From an uncultured Gemmatimonadaceae bacterium (GTDB lineage: Bacteria > Gemmatimonadota > Gemmatimonadetes > Gemmatimonadales > Gemmatimonadaceae), in NCBI GenBank assembly GCA_963843845.1, contig CAWJMB010000002.1:2144001-2208000 (forward strand): a stretch of 64,000 bases of DNA. The letters run 5' to 3'. Positions 60,253-64,000 of the stretch are shown here, piece after piece. The notes under the pieces were generated by a model. It was not told the DNA's origin. It did not search any database and was given only the letters and a program-made list of their open reading frames with translations. The translations under genes were made by a program, and so were the position numbers. How positions within the stretch are numbered: the first letter of the stretch is position 1; each line of letters opens with the position of its first letter.

Positions 60253-61639
60253 TCAGGTACTCAGCACGACGACGGTCAGATCGTCGCGCTGGGCTGCGTC
60301 GGCGACGTGCGTGTCGAGCCGATCGAAGATCCGCCGAACGATCGCGTCGGGTTCGTCGCGCGCGGCCGCACACGCGACCTCGAGCACCGCCGCTTCGCCG
60401 AGCCGCGCGCCGGATCGCGAGCGAGCGTCGGTGACACCGTCCGTGAACAGGAGCAGCGCGGTCGTCGTTCGGCGCCCACGCGATCTCCCGCGTCGCCGGC
60501 GCCTCGTCGACCATGCCGAGCGGTGGCGCCGTCGCGCCGAGTCGGTCGAGCGTCCCGTCGGCGTGCAGCACGAAGGCGTGCGGGTGTCCAGCATTCGCGA
60601 AGCGCAGCACCCGGCGTCGCGGATCGACGACGACGTAGAGGCCGGAGATGAACATCTCGGTGGACGCGAGCTCGTCGCGCAACGACCGGAGCACGGCGCC
60701 CAACGTCGTTCCCGGGTCGTTCGTCAGCTGCGCATGGATCGCCGACGCGCTCATGGCGAGCGCCATGATGAGCGCGGCGCGGTACCCGTGTCCCGACACG
60801 TCGCCGATCATCGCGCCGATCGCGCCGTCGTCGAGCTTGAACAGGTGGTAGAAGTCCCCGCCGACGCTCTCCGCGGGGACGACGCGCGCCGCGACCCGCG
60901 CGCTCGGCGCCACGACGTCGACCGACGGAAGGAGCTTCATCTGCAGGTCGTGCGCGAGCGCCATCTCGTGCGACATGCGCTGCTGCTGCACCGACGCGCG
61001 CACCAGGCGGGCGTTCTGGATCGCCGCCGCGATCTGCGACGCGATCGCCGCGACGAGCTTCAGATCGCCGGCCGTGAACGTCTGTCGCCCCGTGCGCGCG
61101 GAGAGGTGCACGACGCCTAACGGCTCGCCCCCGTCGCGCGTGCTCCACAGAATCGGCACCGACAGCATCTCGCCGCGCCGATATCCCTCTTCGGCCGGCG
61201 CGGCGCACGCGCCCGGCTCGGAGAGCGTCGGCTCGAGCGTCTGCAGCACGCGCCCCGAGATGCTCGACAGGTCGTCGACCGCGACCGGCGCGATGGCGTC
61301 CGGCGAGATGCCTAACGCGGCGATCGCCTGCAGCGTCCCGGTCACCCGGTCGATGAGCAGGATCGCGCCGCACTCGGCGCTGACGGTCTCCGAGACTTCG
61401 GTCAGAATCGTCGACGCGGTCTCCTCGAGCGTGACGGCGCGTCCGAGGATCTCGCTGATCGTGTAGAGGAGGTTGATCTCCTCGTAGCGCTCTGCGAGCT
61501 CGACGGCCGCCTGCTCCACTTCCACGGCCGACGCGTGATGTCGTTCGACGAGCGCCCGCAACAGCCGGGCGTGATCGCCGTCGGGCGAGGCGCGATACGC
61601 GTCGACCAGCGCATCGACGCTGTCGACGCCCCGAGTCAC
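60253..61639 (-). CDS. GAF plus SpoIIE/PP2C phosphatase (RsbU-like); 1-nt frameshift at about 60460
   Basis: GAF region, VGGDFY, GDVSGHG, ANAGHP, then LLLFTDGVTD and DDLTVVV in the shifted frame. Confidence 0.9.
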
Positions 61640-62106
61640 GCGCGGCGCAGCGTGAGGCGCACGAGCGTGCCCGGGCCGTGCGGCACTCGCTCGACGAGGT
61701 CCATGAGACGCCGCATCAGGAAGATGCCGCGCCCGTCCTCGCGTTCGAGCTGGTCGGACGCCGTCGGGTCGCGCGTCACCGCGTCGATGTCGAAGCCCGC
61801 GCCCTCGTCGTGAATCTCGAGCACGATGCGGGTCGCATCCATGTCGGCACGCACCTGCACCTTCTTGTCGGGTGCCTCGCGGTTCCCACGGAGGATGGCG
61901 TTCGCGATCGCCTCGGTCAGCGCGACCGGGACGTTCAGCGCGCAGACGCGACGCGGATAGTGGAAGTCCGCGCACTGCCGCGCGACGAGGTCGACGATCC
62001 GCTCGATGTAGCGCACGTCGCTCGGCACCTCCAGCGACAGCACCAGGTGCATCGCATCGGCGCCGCCGACCGGATCGGCGGCGCCGTTCGTCTGCTCAGC
62101 GTGCAT
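61636..62106 (-). CDS. Anti-sigma factor Ser kinase (RsbW-like)
   Basis: EAIANAILRGN, DEGAGFD, GRGIFLMRRLMD. Confidence 0.9.
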   Translation of the reverse strand: MHAEQTNGAADPVGGADAMHLVLSLEVPSDVRYIERIVDLVARQCADFHYPRRVCALNVPVALTEAIANAILRGNREAPDKKVQVRADMDATRIVLEIHDEGAGFDIDAVTRDPTASDQLEREDGRGIFLMRRLMDLVERVPHGPGTLVRLTLRRA

Positions 62107-62139
62107 TCCGCGAGCGGCGCGTCGTGGCGAGGCGCGCCG

Positions 62140-63526
<1,387 letters not shown>

Positions 63527-63530
<4 letters not shown>

Positions 63531-64000
63531 GGGGTCATTCGCTCACGCAGCGCCGCGGCGACCGCCGGGTGGACGACCCGTGACACGTCGCCGCCGAGTC
63601 GCGCGATCTCGCGCACGAAGGTCGAGCTGACGTGCGCGAACTCGGACGCCGGGGTGAGAATGATGGTTTCGAGCTCCGGAGCGAGCTCGCGGTTCATGCG
63701 CGCCATCTGCTGCTCGTAGTCGAAATCCGTCACACCGCGCACGCCGCGCACGAGCACCGTCGCGCCGACGGCGCGCGCGAGGTCGACGAGCAGCCCGCTC
63801 AGCTCGCGCACCTCCACTCCCTCCGATGCCAACGCGCTCCGGACGAGGCGCGTGCGCTCGGCGAGCTGAGAAGAGCGACGTCTTGGCACTGTTGACCGAC
63901 ACCGCGACGACGACGCGGTCGACGACGCGCAGCGCCCGGCGCACGATGTCCTCGTGGCCGCGCGTGAACGGATCGAAGCTGCCGGCGTAGACGCCGATCC
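63527..64000 (-). CDS. coaD: Phosphopantetheine adenylyltransferase (5' end outside the window); 1-nt frameshift at about 63866
   Basis: [46 protein letters not shown]. Confidence 0.93.

Larger units (their letters stand above)
2283..61316. repeat. Dispersed motif GCCTAAC(G) / (C)GTTAGGC, about 20 copies
   Basis: GCCTAAC on + at 2283, 3558, 9901, 12830, 21389, 21518, 23063, 24286, 30350, 31579, 32264, 42061, 45073, 52319, 53375, 53876, 59935, 61115, 61310; reverse copy GTTAGGC at 47924. Confidence 0.9.

Noticed and set aside
2283..61316. TTAGGC as nematode telomeric repeat or contamination
   Set aside because: Copies are single, dispersed and in frame within bacterial genes, never tandem.
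59813..61975. 720-aa ORF spanning rsbW, spoIIE and rsmA
   Set aside because: Read-through caused by the indel at about 60460. The real PP2C C-terminus is in the 60253..60594 frame.

Overview
High-GC (about 70% by eye) bacterial chromosome segment made almost entirely of core housekeeping genes on the minus strand. Protein sequences and gene order resemble Gemmatimonadota (inference from recalled similarity, no database search). From left to right: mreC/mreB/ald/M16 peptidase/pnp/rpsO; a Hanks-type kinase; the rplM-rpsI-rpsB-tsf-pyrH-frr-uppS-cdsA-dxr-rseP cluster; an acyl-CoA carboxylase cluster; rpsA-cmk-aroA with a lysine (DAP) cluster; a small accessory-looking block (ferritin-like protein, histone H1-like protein, Rad52/DdrA-like protein) beside tRNA-Leu(UAA) and tRNA-Gly(GCC); recN-nadK-dxs-ispA-xseB-xseA-folD-rny with a probable 6S RNA; zapA/zapB-pheT-pheS-rplT-rpmI-infC; rex with a perfect Rex operator; and coaD-pta-rsbV-rsbW-spoIIE-rsmA. 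No transposase, integrase, prophage or CRISPR array was seen. About ten single-base frameshifts, some in essential genes, are most likely sequencing or assembly errors. The most striking unexplained signal is a dispersed motif (C)GTTAGGC / GCCTAAC(G), found about 20 times. It accounts for 18 of the about 20 in-frame TTA codons I could find and also occurs outside coding frames, which suggests a DNA-level signal. The second candidate is the H1-like plus Rad52/DdrA-like DNA-protection locus.
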